From: Myxococcota bacterium | GTDB taxonomy: Bacteria > Myxococcota > SpSt-1050 | Direction of reading: 5' to 3' | Assembly (NCBI GenBank): GCA_049969675.1 | Contig: JBMFOP010000016.1 | Location: 1-40,776, forward strand | Length of the DNA stretch: 40,776 bases | Shown here: one piece after another, positions 11,543-21,038 of the stretch | Layout: every line of letters starts with the position of its first letter | How positions within the stretch are numbered: the stretch's first letter is position 1 | Notes under the pieces: generated by a model | The model's database searches: none | The model's input: the letters and a program-made list of their open reading frames with translations, nothing else | What the model was told of the DNA's origin: nothing | Program-made: the position numbers and the translations under genes

Positions 11543-11941
11543 ATGGCACGAATTGCTGGAATTGACTTACCTAAAAACAAGAAGATAGGTATAGCACTGA
11601 CTTATCTCTACGGTGTTGGCAGGTCACTTGCAAAGGTGATTCTTCAAAAGGCTCAGGTCTCCTGGGACAAGAGGAGCTATGAACTTAGTGACGATGAAAT
11701 AAAGAGAATCAGAGAGACCATAGAGCAGGAAGGTATTAAGGTAGAGGGTGACCTCAAAAGAGAGGTTACTATGAATATTAAGAGGCTGATAGAACTGAAT
11801 ACCTATAGAGGTCTCAGACATAAGAAGGGGTTGCCGGTCAGAGGTCAGAGGACACATACAAATGCAAGGACAAGAAAGGGACCAAGAAGAGGGATTATCA
11901 GACCATCTGCATCAGCAGCAGGTACATCCCCCAAGGCATAA
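11543..11941 (+). CDS. rpsM: 30S ribosomal protein S13
   Basis: [31 protein letters not shown]. Confidence 0.99.
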   Translation: MARIAGIDLPKNKKIGIALTYLYGVGRSLAKVILQKAQVSWDKRSYELSDDEIKRIRETIEQEGIKVEGDLKREVTMNIKRLIELNTYRGLRHKKGLPVRGQRTHTNARTRKGPRRGIIRPSASAAGTSPKA

Positions 11942-11963
11942 ATTCATTATGGAGGTATAGAGA

Positions 11964-12338
11964 GTGAAGCCTAAGAAGAAAGTAAAAAAGTCAGTAAATA
12001 CAGGGATGGTTCACATCCAGTCTACATTCAACAATACCATAATTACCATCTCGGATATGAATGGTAATGTGATTGCGTGGTCAAGTGCCGGCGCAAAGGG
12101 ATTTAAGGGCTCAAAGAGGAGCACTCCGTTTGCGGCACAGGTGGCAGCCGAGGATGCGGCCAAAAAGGCAATGGACCAGGGGATGAAGTCGGTTGGAATC
12201 CTGATTAAGGGTCCTGGTGCAGGGAGAGAATCAGCCATCAGGGCAATTCAGGCAGCAGGTCTTAAGATTACAATGATAAAAGATATTACGCCGATTCCGC
12301 ACAATGGTTGCAGACCACCTAAGAGAAGAAGGGTATAG
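11964..12338 (+). CDS. rpsK: 30S ribosomal protein S11 (GTG start)
   Basis: [39 protein letters not shown]. Confidence 0.99.
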   Translation: MKPKKKVKKSVNTGMVHIQSTFNNTIITISDMNGNVIAWSSAGAKGFKGSKRSTPFAAQVAAEDAAKKAMDQGMKSVGILIKGPGAGRESAIRAIQAAGLKITMIKDITPIPHNGCRPPKRRRV

Positions 12339-12363
12339 TAAATTTTTATAAGGAGGATGAACT

Positions 12364-13002
12364 TTGGCACGTTATACTAAATCCAGATGTAAGCTTTGTA
12401 GGAGAGAGAGTTTGAGAGAAGAACCCAAGATGTTCCTCAAATCAGAGAGATGTCTCACGGACAAATGCGCTGTTGAGAGAAGGGCATTTCCCCCGGGACA
12501 ACATGGCTCAAAGAAGGGGAAGCTCTCTGGTTATGGGATACGAGTAAGAGAGAAGCAGAAGGCTAAGAGAATTTATGGACTCCTTGAAAAGCAGTTCAGA
12601 GAATATTTTAATAAAGCAAAGGAAAAGGAGGGAATTACCGGTGAACATCTGATTACATTTCTTGAGAGAAGATTGGATAATGTGGTTTTTAGACTTGGTT
12701 TTGCAAAGAGCAGGAGTCACGCAAGACAGTTAGTCGCTCATGGGCACTTTCTGGTCAACGGTAGGAGGACGGATATCCCTTCCTATCTCGTGAGAGTTGG
12801 TGACGAGATAGAACTAAAAGAGAGGTCAAGAAAGAATCAGGTAATTGCAGAGACATTTGCATCAAAGAAGGATAGTGCCCCGCAGTGGCTTGAGGTAGAT
12901 GCAAAGTCATTTAAGGGGATTGTAAAGAAGCTGCCAGAGAGGCAGGATATATCTGATTTGAATGTAAACGAACAATTGATTGTAGAATTGTATTCAAGAT
13001 AG
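12364..13002 (+). CDS. rpsD: 30S ribosomal protein S4, four-Cys type (TTG start)
   Basis: CKLC...C...[30 protein letters not shown]. Confidence 0.99.
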   Translation: MARYTKSRCKLCRRESLREEPKMFLKSERCLTDKCAVERRAFPPGQHGSKKGKLSGYGIRVREKQKAKRIYGLLEKQFREYFNKAKEKEGITGEHLITFLERRLDNVVFRLGFAKSRSHARQLVAHGHFLVNGRRTDIPSYLVRVGDEIELKERSRKNQVIAETFASKKDSAPQWLEVDAKSFKGIVKKLPERQDISDLNVNEQLIVELYSR

Positions 13003-13025
13003 AATTTTAAGGAGTAGGAGGAGAA

Positions 13026-14054
13026 ATGTATAAGGTATGGCAGGAACTCATTAAACCAAAGAATCTTGTTATTGAAGCGGATACCCAGACCGAGACATAT
13101 GCTAAATTTATAGCAGAACCGCTTGAACAGGGTCTTGGTATTACTATTGGCAACTCGCTCAGGAGAGTTCTCTTGTCGCTTATACCGGGCGCAGCAATTG
13201 CAGCGGTTAAGATTGATGGTGTATTGCACGAATTCACCAGCATTCAGGGAGTATCAGAGGATGTCACAGATATTATCTTAAATCTGAAACAGATTGTATT
13301 ACAGATGGACCCGGAGGTAGAGGAGAAGACATTCCTTTTGAGGCAGAAGGGCCCCAAGACGGTATATGCAAAAGATATAGAGATAGATAGCTCTGTTAAG
13401 ATTATCAATCCCGAGCAGGTAATAGCACACCTTGATGAGGGTGCAACATTAAATATGGAATTGTTGATTAAACACGGAAGGGGTTATGAGAGTGCGGATA
13501 AGATAAAGGATAGAATAAGAAATAAGGATGAATTATCTGTTGGGATGCTCCCGATTGATTGCCTCTTTTCACCTGTAAAAAAGGTTAATTACAATGTCAC
13601 ATATTCAAGAGTTGGTCAGATTACAGACTATGATAAACTTATTCTTGAAGTCTATACAAATGGGGCGATGAAGCCAGAAGATGCGGTGGCGATTGCAGCA
13701 AAGATTATAGAGAAACAGATGGCTATATTCATCAACTTTGAGGAAGAGGAAGAGGAGATAGCCCCTGTTGAGGTCTCTCAGTCAAAGCTCAATGAGAATC
13801 TCTTCAAGTCTGTGGATGAGCTTGAACTCTCTGTCAGGGCGAGTAATTGTCTGCAGGCTGCCAATATAAAGTACATTGGAGACCTTGTTCAAAAGACAGA
13901 GGCAGAGATGCTCAAGACCAAGAATTTTGGCCGTAAATCTTTAAGGGAGATTAAGGACATTCTGGCAAGTATGGGATTGAGTCTGGGAATGAAGCTTGAA
14001 AACTGGCCACCAAAGGAGTTCCCGAATAGCAATAAAGATAAAGATATAACCTGA
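13026..14054 (+). CDS. rpoA: DNA-directed RNA polymerase subunit alpha
   Basis: [39 protein letters not shown]. Confidence 0.99.
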   Translation: MYKVWQELIKPKNLVIEADTQTETYAKFIAEPLEQGLGITIGNSLRRVLLSLIPGAAIAAVKIDGVLHEFTSIQGVSEDVTDIILNLKQIVLQMDPEVEEKTFLLRQKGPKTVYAKDIEIDSSVKIINPEQVIAHLDEGATLNMELLIKHGRGYESADKIKDRIRNKDELSVGMLPIDCLFSPVKKVNYNVTYSRVGQITDYDKLILEVYTNGAMKPEDAVAIAAKIIEKQMAIFINFEEEEEEIAPVEVSQSKLNENLFKSVDELELSVRASNCLQAANIKYIGDLVQKTEAEMLKTKNFGRKSLREIKDILASMGLSLGMKLENWPPKEFPNSNKDKDIT

Positions 14055-14076
14055 TTTTTTTTAGGAGAAGTTAGAT

Positions 14077-14565
14077 ATGAGACACAGAAAAGCCGGTAGA
14101 AAGTATAGCAGGACGAGAGAGCATAGAATTGCGATGTTCAGAAATCTGCTAATGAATCTAATTAGAGATTCAAAGATTAGGACCACTGATGCAAAGGCTA
14201 AAGGATTGAAGAGGATTGCTGACAGGGTAGTATCACTTGCGAGGACAAACAATCTGGTAAACATTAGAAAGGTTGGCTATTATATAACCAATAAGGACCT
14301 CCTCAAGAAATTGTTTACAGAGATTGGGCCAAAGTTTGCAAATAGGCACGGTGGATATACCAGGGTGTATAAGGTTGGCGTAAGGCGAGGCGACAGTGCC
14401 CCGATGTCTATAATTGAACTTGCATTTGATGTTGAGAAGAAGGGGGCAAAGAAGGCTCAAAAGAAGGTGCCACAGAAGGGAAAGAAGGAGATAAAGAAGA
14501 AAGAGGCTGAAGAGACTCCTTCAGTCGGAGTGGCAACGCAGGATGCGCCAAAGAGTGGTGAATAA
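14077..14565 (+). CDS. rplQ: 50S ribosomal protein L17 with Lys-rich C-terminal extension
   Basis: [28 protein letters not shown]. Confidence 0.98.
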   Translation: MRHRKAGRKYSRTREHRIAMFRNLLMNLIRDSKIRTTDAKAKGLKRIADRVVSLARTNNLVNIRKVGYYITNKDLLKKLFTEIGPKFANRHGGYTRVYKVGVRRGDSAPMSIIELAFDVEKKGAKKAQKKVPQKGKKEIKKKEAEETPSVGVATQDAPKSGE

Positions 14566-14587
14566 TCTTCTTTATATCTAAATATGT

Positions 14588-14615
14588 GAGCAGGGTGGTC
14601 CCCTGCTCTTTTTTT
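14588..14615 (+). terminator. Intrinsic terminator ending the ribosomal superoperon
   Basis: GAGCAGGG-tggtc-CCCTGCTC 8-bp stem followed by T7. Confidence 0.9.
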
Positions 14616-14638
14616 ATCACCTATTTAGGGAGATCTGT

Positions 14639-15406
14639 TTGGCTAAGGTAGTTGCCATTGTGAATCAGAAAGGTGGCGTAGGTAAGACTACTACAGCTGT
14701 GAATCTCTCTGCCTCGCTGGCGGTTGCCGGGAGGAATGTCCTGCTTGTGGATATTGACCCTCAGGCAAATGCAACAACAGGTCTCGGAGTAAATAAGAAG
14801 GATTTGAAAAGTAGCATATACAAATATATGATAGACCCGGATGCAGAGATAGATTCAATTTTACCTACGATGATTGATAAATTTTATCTCATCCCATCAA
14901 ATTCCGAGCTTGTAGGGGCTGAGGTGGAACTGGTAGATGTTGAGGACAGGGCATTTAGACTGAGAAGATTTTTATCAAGAATCAGAGATAATTATGATTA
15001 CATAATCATTGATTCTCCTCCATCGCTTGGGTTGTTGACACTCAATTCAATTGTTGCCGCAGATGGAATACTCATAACTTTGCAATGTGAGTTTTTTGCC
15101 CTTGAAGGACTATCTGCTTTGATAAATACATTTGAACGTGTAAAAGAGGGACTGAACCCATCAATACAGATATTGGGTATTGTGCTTACAATGTATGATA
15201 TCAGGAATAATCTATCACGACAGGTTCTGGAAGAGGTAAGGAGTCACTTTAAGGAGTTGGTATTTAATACTCTTATACCGAGGAATGTAAGGCTCGGGGA
15301 ATCCCCGAGTTTTGGGAAGCCAATCATCCTGTATGATGCGACCAGCAAGGGGGCACAGGCATATTTAGACCTCACAAGAGAATTTATCTCAAAAATGGGA
15401 GAGTGA
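14639..15406 (+). CDS. parA: ParA/Soj family ATPase (TTG start)
   Basis: Deviant Walker A NQKGGVGKTT, DIDPQANAT, IIDSPPSLG, IPRNVRLGESPSFG. Confidence 0.93.
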   Translation: MAKVVAIVNQKGGVGKTTTAVNLSASLAVAGRNVLLVDIDPQANATTGLGVNKKDLKSSIYKYMIDPDAEIDSILPTMIDKFYLIPSNSELVGAEVELVDVEDRAFRLRRFLSRIRDNYDYIIIDSPPSLGLLTLNSIVAADGILITLQCEFFALEGLSALINTFERVKEGLNPSIQILGIVLTMYDIRNNLSRQVLEEVRSHFKELVFNTLIPRNVRLGESPSFGKPIILYDATSKGAQAYLDLTREFISKMGE

Positions 15407-16201
15407 GCCGTCGTATTTAGCCTTTTTAACCGCAAGATTAAAGACAATTATTGACACAGGCCAGAGTATAACAGAGAATAGAAGCAGGGCACCTATCTGG
15501 GGTAATATATCGTTGAAAGTTATCTGTGTTAAGAGGGCTCTTCTAAGTCCTTCCAGAGAATGTGTCATTGGAAGAATCTTTGAAAAGAGTTGAAGGGGTT
15601 CGGGTAAGAGCGAGACCGGGAAGTAGACCCCACTAAAGAGATATGATAGGGCACTATAGATTACTCCCACAGGGTCACCTCGTTTAAACATTAAGACAAA
15701 TCCAGCAGAGAGAACGCCCATTGAGGAGAATGCAAAGATTGAGATTATAATGATAAGGAGTGCATAATGAATTTGGGAGAGAAAAAATCCACCTGATGAG
15801 AAGAGGTATGCAATAGATAAATAAATAAATATTCTAATTGTTGAGAATATAAAGTCATAAAGGGTACTGAAAATTAAGAACCCCTGTGGACTTACACCAC
15901 ATAGTAGTATGGATTCAAGTGTCCCTGTAATCTGAGATTCTCTGATTCTTAGGGAAAAGCCTCTGGTGGAGACCGAGAGATAATTTGAGAGGGCAATCCC
16001 AATTATTACATAGGGAAAATATTCCCGATATTTTATCAGTTCTGGTGTTTGAGTCAGGTCAATTATCTTTGATAAGAAGAAGAAGGTCACTGTTGAGAAG
16101 AGGATGCCTATTGTCTGCATCACCACATTAAATCCATAACTGGATTCAATTAAAAAATCTTTGATTATAAAACTCAAAGCCCTTAAGAGATGCCTGATCA
16201 T
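15389..16201 (-). CDS. ABC-2 type transporter permease
   Basis: About 6 TM segments, EQ-like GTLE motif (RESQITGTLES), FSGVYFPVSLLP; 4-nt overlap with the ATPase gene. Confidence 0.85.
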   Translation of the reverse strand: MIRHLLRALSFIIKDFLIESSYGFNVVMQTIGILFSTVTFFFLSKIIDLTQTPELIKYREYFPYVIIGIALSNYLSVSTRGFSLRIRESQITGTLESILLCGVSPQGFLIFSTLYDFIFSTIRIFIYLSIAYLFSSGGFFLSQIHYALLIIIISIFAFSSMGVLSAGFVLMFKRGDPVGVIYSALSYLFSGVYFPVSLLPEPLQLFSKILPMTHSLEGLRRALLTQITFNDILPQIGALLLFSVILWPVSIIVFNLAVKKAKYDGSLSHF

Positions 16202-16935
16202 AATATATTAAACACCTTTTTTATGTCCGAACGAATATCTTTATAAGGTGCGAACCGCAATATTCTCCCCTCATTTATTAAAATTACTATATCAGAGAGT
16301 GCCTCAATCTCATTTAAGAGATGTGTAGCAAATATAATTGTCTTTCCGCTTGCCTGTAATTTTCTAATAAGAGAATATATAAGCTGTTGCTGTTTGAGGT
16401 CAATGCCTTTTGTGATTTCATCAAATAAAATTATTTGTGGGTCAAAGAGCATAGCCCGTGCAATACTCAGCCTCTGTCTCGTGCCACTTGAGAGTTCCTG
16501 AAATCTGGTATCTCTTTCTGCTGTGAGTTCAAATTGATTTATCAGAAAGTCTGTGTGCTCCTTTGCCTCTTTTCTGTTATTGCTCATTAACGAAGCAAAG
16601 AAGAGTAGATTGTCATTTAGAGATAGTCGTGGGAAGAATCCTTTGTCTGATTCAGATATTAGAAATACGATGTGTGGATTTAGATAGAAGGGGCTATTGT
16701 TAATGAGCAATTTTCCACTATCAGGGAATAGAATGCCACAGATAATTCTTAAGAGTGTAGTCTTGCCCGAGCCATTTGGCCCCACAAGGGAGTAAATTCC
16801 ATTCTGGTCTATTTTAATGTTTATATCTTTCAGTACCTCTTTGAATCTCTTCCTGAACGGATGAAGTAATAGTTCAGACCTGCTCTTCTTAATAATAAAT
16901 CTTTTATAAATATTTTGTAGTTCAATTAATGACAT
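16198..16935 (-). CDS. ABC transporter ATP-binding protein
   Basis: Walker A GPNGSGKT, signature LSSGTRQ, Walker B ILFDE, H-loop ATH. Confidence 0.93.
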   Translation of the reverse strand: MSLIELQNIYKRFIIKKSRSELLLHPFRKRFKEVLKDINIKIDQNGIYSLVGPNGSGKTTLLRIICGILFPDSGKLLINNSPFYLNPHIVFLISESDKGFFPRLSLNDNLLFFASLMSNNRKEAKEHTDFLINQFELTAERDTRFQELSSGTRQRLSIARAMLFDPQIILFDEITKGIDLKQQQLIYSLIRKLQASGKTIIFATHLLNEIEALSDIVILINEGRILRFAPYKDIRSDIKKVFNIL

Positions 16936-17230
16936 ATTCAGATATCTTTCTCAAATAAAAATAAGCAATGGCGAATTAAATCCTCGTTAACAACAAGATA
17001 TCCTAATGATATCCAGATCCTCATATAGAGGTTATATATACAGGCGATTTATCTACCAATATTTTCTAATAAATACCACAAAAATGTGTCTTTACACTGC
17101 CTCCCAGAATAATCTAAACTTATAGATCTCACCATAGTAAAATAAAGGATTTTGGAAGGGCAAATCTATATTTTCAGAATAATCTTACATCTCTTCACTA
17201 TCTCTTAAATCTCTTTTTAATTACTTACCA

Positions 17231-17471
17231 TATAAATTTATTTTGAATATTACATTTATCTTACATCTGTTTATTTATGTCTGTAAATGCAGTAATGGAT
17301 ATAGGTGAAGAGAATGGGGTAGATACAAATATCATTAACCAGGATGTAATTGATGTAGGAGATGCTAAGAAAGATTTTATTGATTTTAATGATGTTGCAG
17401 ATGTTGAATATATATCTGATGTGGAATGGTCTGATGGATGTGAGACTTTTGGAGATTCAAAACATATTTAA
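17231..17471 (+). pseudogene. Possible decayed exported/lipoprotein gene fragment (hydrophobic stretch, then Asp-periodic linker in another frame)
   Basis: YKFILNITFILHLFIYVCKCSN in frame 17231-17308; overlapping ORF 17277-17471 with D-x-x-D periodicity. Confidence 0.3.
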
Positions 17472-17748
17472 TCTCCATAGCCATTCGGATTAATCAAAAA
17501 ATAAAGTTAAAGACTATCGATTAAAGAATCTCAGCATCTTTTAATACTTAAAGGCTTATAATCATTTGGCTATGCAATTTCTACAAAATTATTCTGGAAA
17601 GATGTAGAGAAAATATGACCGCTATAGTGATTGTTGTTTTACTATAGGGTAATCATCCATTCATAGGACACTCTCTTTGGCAGTCCAGCACCCATTCTTT
17701 TTGAATAACTCGCAAGTTGAACATAAAATATTTCTGTTTTTTGTCATC

Positions 17749-20256
17749 TTATTTTGGGTCGGCACAGCATCTAAATCCAGTCATAGGTGATGCCGATGTC
17801 TTGGCAACTCTTGCAGCACATCGGGATGCATAATCTGCTTTGTCAGCAGAACCTCCCTTGACAGCGCTCTTCGTAATCTCAGCGGCATTCCCAGCCATAT
17901 CATAAACCCCATACCCACTCACACACCCTGAAAATGAACCTGATGCCTGTAATCCACCCTTATTCCCTTCGGCATCTGCTGTATTGCACTTCCCCTGAAC
18001 AAATGTATTACCATAAGGGAATTTTGTATTTCCCGGACCTTTGCATGCCTTTTCCCATTCCTCCTCTGTACAGAGCCTCTTCCCAGCCTTCTGGCAGAGT
18101 GCCTCTGCCTCTGTCTGTCCCACATTCGTCTTAGGAGTCGCACCACGTCTATTTGGATATTCAAATATATCAATGCAATAAGCCTGTGTGGTAACCTGTG
18201 TATTATTCTTCTCGCCAAATCCTCTCATCGGGTCAGACGGAGATGAACCCATCATAAATGGTCCCTCAGGTATCAATACCATCCCTTTGGGGCACTGGGG
18301 CTTCTTCTCCTGTGTTGGGGCTGGCTCCTCTGTCTTCTCAGCCTTTGGTTCTTCAGCCATAACTTCCTGTTTGTGTTCCTCTGCAACAGGCACTGGTTTC
18401 TCCCTCTTCTCTTCTGGAACATATTTTGGTTCCTCTTTCTTCTCCTCTGCCTTTACTATCTCTATCTTCCTGGGTGCAGGTTCAGCCTCTTTGGGGGGTT
18501 TTTCTTTCTTCTTAACCGTCTCTTCTGTTATCCTTTGTCTCTCCTCTCTTTTCTGAGGTTTTTCCTTTACCTTGATCTCCTCTCTTTTCCTATCCAGATT
18601 CTCTTTCTCTTTCTGAAGTTCTGAGAGTCTCGCCTCAAGTTCCATCAGCTTCCGCTTATCTTCCTCTTCCTTCCTTATCTGCTCCGGTGTCTTTGGTTGA
18701 TCCACCTCCTGTTTTGGCTGAGTAAGAGATTTCTTTGTAGCCTCCAGCTGGGCAAGTAACTCCTGTTGATACCTTTCAAGGGCTATCCTCTGTTTCTCAA
18801 TCTCCATTCTCTGTTGCTCAAGCAGCATCCTGTCTCTCTCGCGCTGATTCTCCATAGCCTTGTATAACAGGAATACCCCTCCACCGAGCACTGCAAGAAT
18901 TATAACCAATATCGTCAATGGAAGCACCATACTCTTTGAACCACCGCTTCCAGATGATGGTGGGGGTGTTGACTCTTTTTTTGCTGATTCAACTTTAATC
19001 TCTTTAACATCAGGGACTTTGGGCTCTTCTTTGGTTATTGGTGGTTTCTTCTTTACAACTATCTCCTCTTCTCCCCTTTCTGACTCCTTATATTCTAACT
19101 TTGCCTTAGGCTCCACTTTTATAGACGGTTTTTTGGGAATCTCCTCTTTCTCTTCAATATCCACTTCTTCCTCTTTTTGTCGTTTAAGCTCCTCTTCAAC
19201 ACTAAAGAATATCCTATCCTTTGGTAATCTCTTCCTTGTCTTCTCCCTCTCCTGAGTCTCCAGGAGTTCAAAATCGTCGGTGGATATCTCTATAAATTCC
19301 TCATCCTCAGGCCCCTCTTCATAACCACCTCCCTCCTCTTTATCAACTACCTTCTTAAACTCTTCTATAAATTCCTCAAGTGAATCAAATCTCTTCTCCT
19401 GTTCTTCACTGAGGGCCTTATTCAACAGATAGTCTATTGACCTGGGCGCATTAGGATTTTTTAGTGATACGGAGACCGGGAGTCCCTTAAACTTCTCACC
19501 GGTCATCATCTCATAGATGATAACCGCCATTGAATATATATCTGCCCTCAAATCCACTGTATCCCAGTTGTACCTGATCTCCGGTGCAATATAAATCTCA
19601 TTTGCACTATTTATTGTCATAAACTTCTCATTGCCAATTGCCTTCACCAGACAGAAGTCACAGACCTTCAGGATATCCGGAAGTATCATTATATTCTCCG
19701 GTTTTAGATTCCCGTGATATGTAAAATTTTGAGCGGCACTGAGGGCATTGTAAATCTGAATAAATATAGGTTCAATCTCCTTAAGTGAGAATACCTGTTT
19801 CTTCTCTGTTCTGAGGTTTATAATCTTTTTGAGCGTCAGCCCCTCAAGCAACTGCATAGTATAAAATGAATATCCGTTGTCACGGTCGATATCGTAAACC
19901 CTCACTATGTTCTGATGAGCAATCTTGCGGGCGATTCTCATCTCTGTCTGAAAACGTTTATTATCTGCCTCATTCTCTATCACATTCTTAAACATCACTT
20001 TGAGTGCTATATCCACATCCATCTCTGTGTCCAGCACTCTGAACACAACTCCAGATGGTCCTTCCCCAATACGAGATTTAATCTTATATCGCCCTGCAAC
20101 CAGATCTCCAATCTCAAAGCCGACCTTCTCCTTTATACTCTGCCTTCCCCCTGTCTTCTGTTCAGATTTTCTAATCTCTTTTTCAAAATTGTTACCACAA
20201 TTTGGGCAGACCCTGGAACCATCCGGGACATGACTTCCGCACTTATAACATATCAC
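17749..20256 (-). CDS. Membrane Hanks-type Ser/Thr (pseudo)kinase: Zn-ribbon, kinase fold, acidic linker, TM, coiled coil, FGE-sulfatase (SUMF1-like) domain
   Basis: CxxC..CxxC N-terminus; IGEGPSG, ALK, HGNLKPEN, DFC, YIAPE, ADIYS; TM LPLTILVIILAVLGGGVFLL; CPKGMVLIPEGPFMMG, RLCTEEEWEKAC, YDMAGN, GFRCC. Confidence 0.9.
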   Translation of the reverse strand: MICYKCGSHVPDGSRVCPNCGNNFEKEIRKSEQKTGGRQSIKEKVGFEIGDLVAGRYKIKSRIGEGPSGVVFRVLDTEMDVDIALKVMFKNVIENEADNKRFQTEMRIARKIAHQNIVRVYDIDRDNGYSFYTMQLLEGLTLKKIINLRTEKKQVFSLKEIEPIFIQIYNALSAAQNFTYHGNLKPENIMILPDILKVCDFCLVKAIGNEKFMTINSANEIYIAPEIRYNWDTVDLRADIYSMAVIIYEMMTGEKFKGLPVSVSLKNPNAPRSIDYLLNKALSEEQEKRFDSLEEFIEEFKKVVDKEEGGGYEEGPEDEEFIEISTDDFELLETQEREKTRKRLPKDRIFFSVEEELKRQKEEEVDIEEKEEIPKKPSIKVEPKAKLEYKESERGEEEIVVKKKPPITKEEPKVPDVKEIKVESAKKESTPPPSSGSGGSKSMVLPLTILVIILAVLGGGVFLLYKAMENQRERDRMLLEQQRMEIEKQRIALERYQQELLAQLEATKKSLTQPKQEVDQPKTPEQIRKEEEDKRKLMELEARLSELQKEKENLDRKREEIKVKEKPQKREERQRITEETVKKKEKPPKEAEPAPRKIEIVKAEEKKEEPKYVPEEKREKPVPVAEEHKQEVMAEEPKAEKTEEPAPTQEKKPQCPKGMVLIPEGPFMMGSSPSDPMRGFGEKNNTQVTTQAYCIDIFEYPNRRGATPKTNVGQTEAEALCQKAGKRLCTEEEWEKACKGPGNTKFPYGNTFVQGKCNTADAEGNKGGLQASGSFSGCVSGYGVYDMAGNAAEITKSAVKGGSADKADYASRCAARVAKTSASPMTGFRCCADPK

Positions 20257-20318
20257 GGCTTCTACTCCTTAAATAAAAACGATTGCCAATATATCATACT
20301 AAAATATAATGGTGCAAC

Positions 20319-20813
20319 TTAAATCTTTCCTTCTTTAATTGTTGTATTGTAACTAAAAGAGGTAACTTCAGAATCAAAGAAGACGGTAGCATCAAGTTTA
20401 TATCCAACAGTCCCATTCCTTATCCCCTCAAATAGTCCATCTGCTGCATTATTTACCTCTTCATAAGTCACCTTCACAGAAATGCCAAAGTCTATACTTG
20501 TGCCGGGGCCGATATCCCTTCTGGTATTATTCTCAACATCCTTTAAAACCGTCCTATCATTAATCAGCAAATCAAAGAGCATTCTATCCAGAATTACCTG
20601 ATAGGCATTTGGATTGTTCACACGAATATTCAGGTTTATTATTGCATAACTTTTATAAAGGTTGGAATAATCTGGATAGATATCTGCATTAACCGATGTA
20701 AGTTCAAAGGTACAGTTCTTGAGTCCATATCTACCCATAAACTCCTTCTGAAGGAGATCACATCCATTAAGAAACAGAGTAAATATAAAAGCCATCAGTA
20801 AAATCTTCCTCAT
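20319..20813 (-). CDS. LEA_2/WHy-like lipoprotein
   Basis: Lipobox LNGC; VNNPN motif; beta-rich sequence; SD GGAGG. Confidence 0.75.
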   Translation of the reverse strand: MRKILLMAFIFTLFLNGCDLLQKEFMGRYGLKNCTFELTSVNADIYPDYSNLYKSYAIINLNIRVNNPNAYQVILDRMLFDLLINDRTVLKDVENNTRRDIGPGTSIDFGISVKVTYEEVNNAADGLFEGIRNGTVGYKLDATVFFDSEVTSFSYNTTIKEGKI

Positions 20814-20824
20814 ATAGTACCTCC

Positions 20825-21037
20825 TTAATGGCAGTGTGAACAGTTTCCAGAGGAACAGCTTGAACAGGATGAGCCACTCTGAGACTTACCCTCACCTCCC
20901 AGATTGGCAAATGTAGATATCAACTTCTCCACATCCTTTGATTTGCACTCCGGGCAGTTTATCTCCTGCTCCCCACTCCTCACCAGCTCTTCAAATATAT
21001 TTTTACAGACTCTACATCTATATTCGTATATAGGCAT
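20825..21037 (-). CDS. FmdB-family zinc-ribbon protein with Cys-rich tail
   Basis: MPIYEYRCxxC...CPxCxS..VEKLIS; tail SCSSCSSGNCSHCH. Confidence 0.88.
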   Translation of the reverse strand: MPIYEYRCRVCKNIFEELVRSGEQEINCPECKSKDVEKLISTFANLGGEGKSQSGSSCSSCSSGNCSHCH

Positions 21038-21038
21038 A

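Noticed and set aside
436..14620. Numerous minus-strand ORFs of 60-166 aa opposite the ribosomal operon
   Set aside because: Antisense shadows of well-conserved genes with no recognisable motifs.
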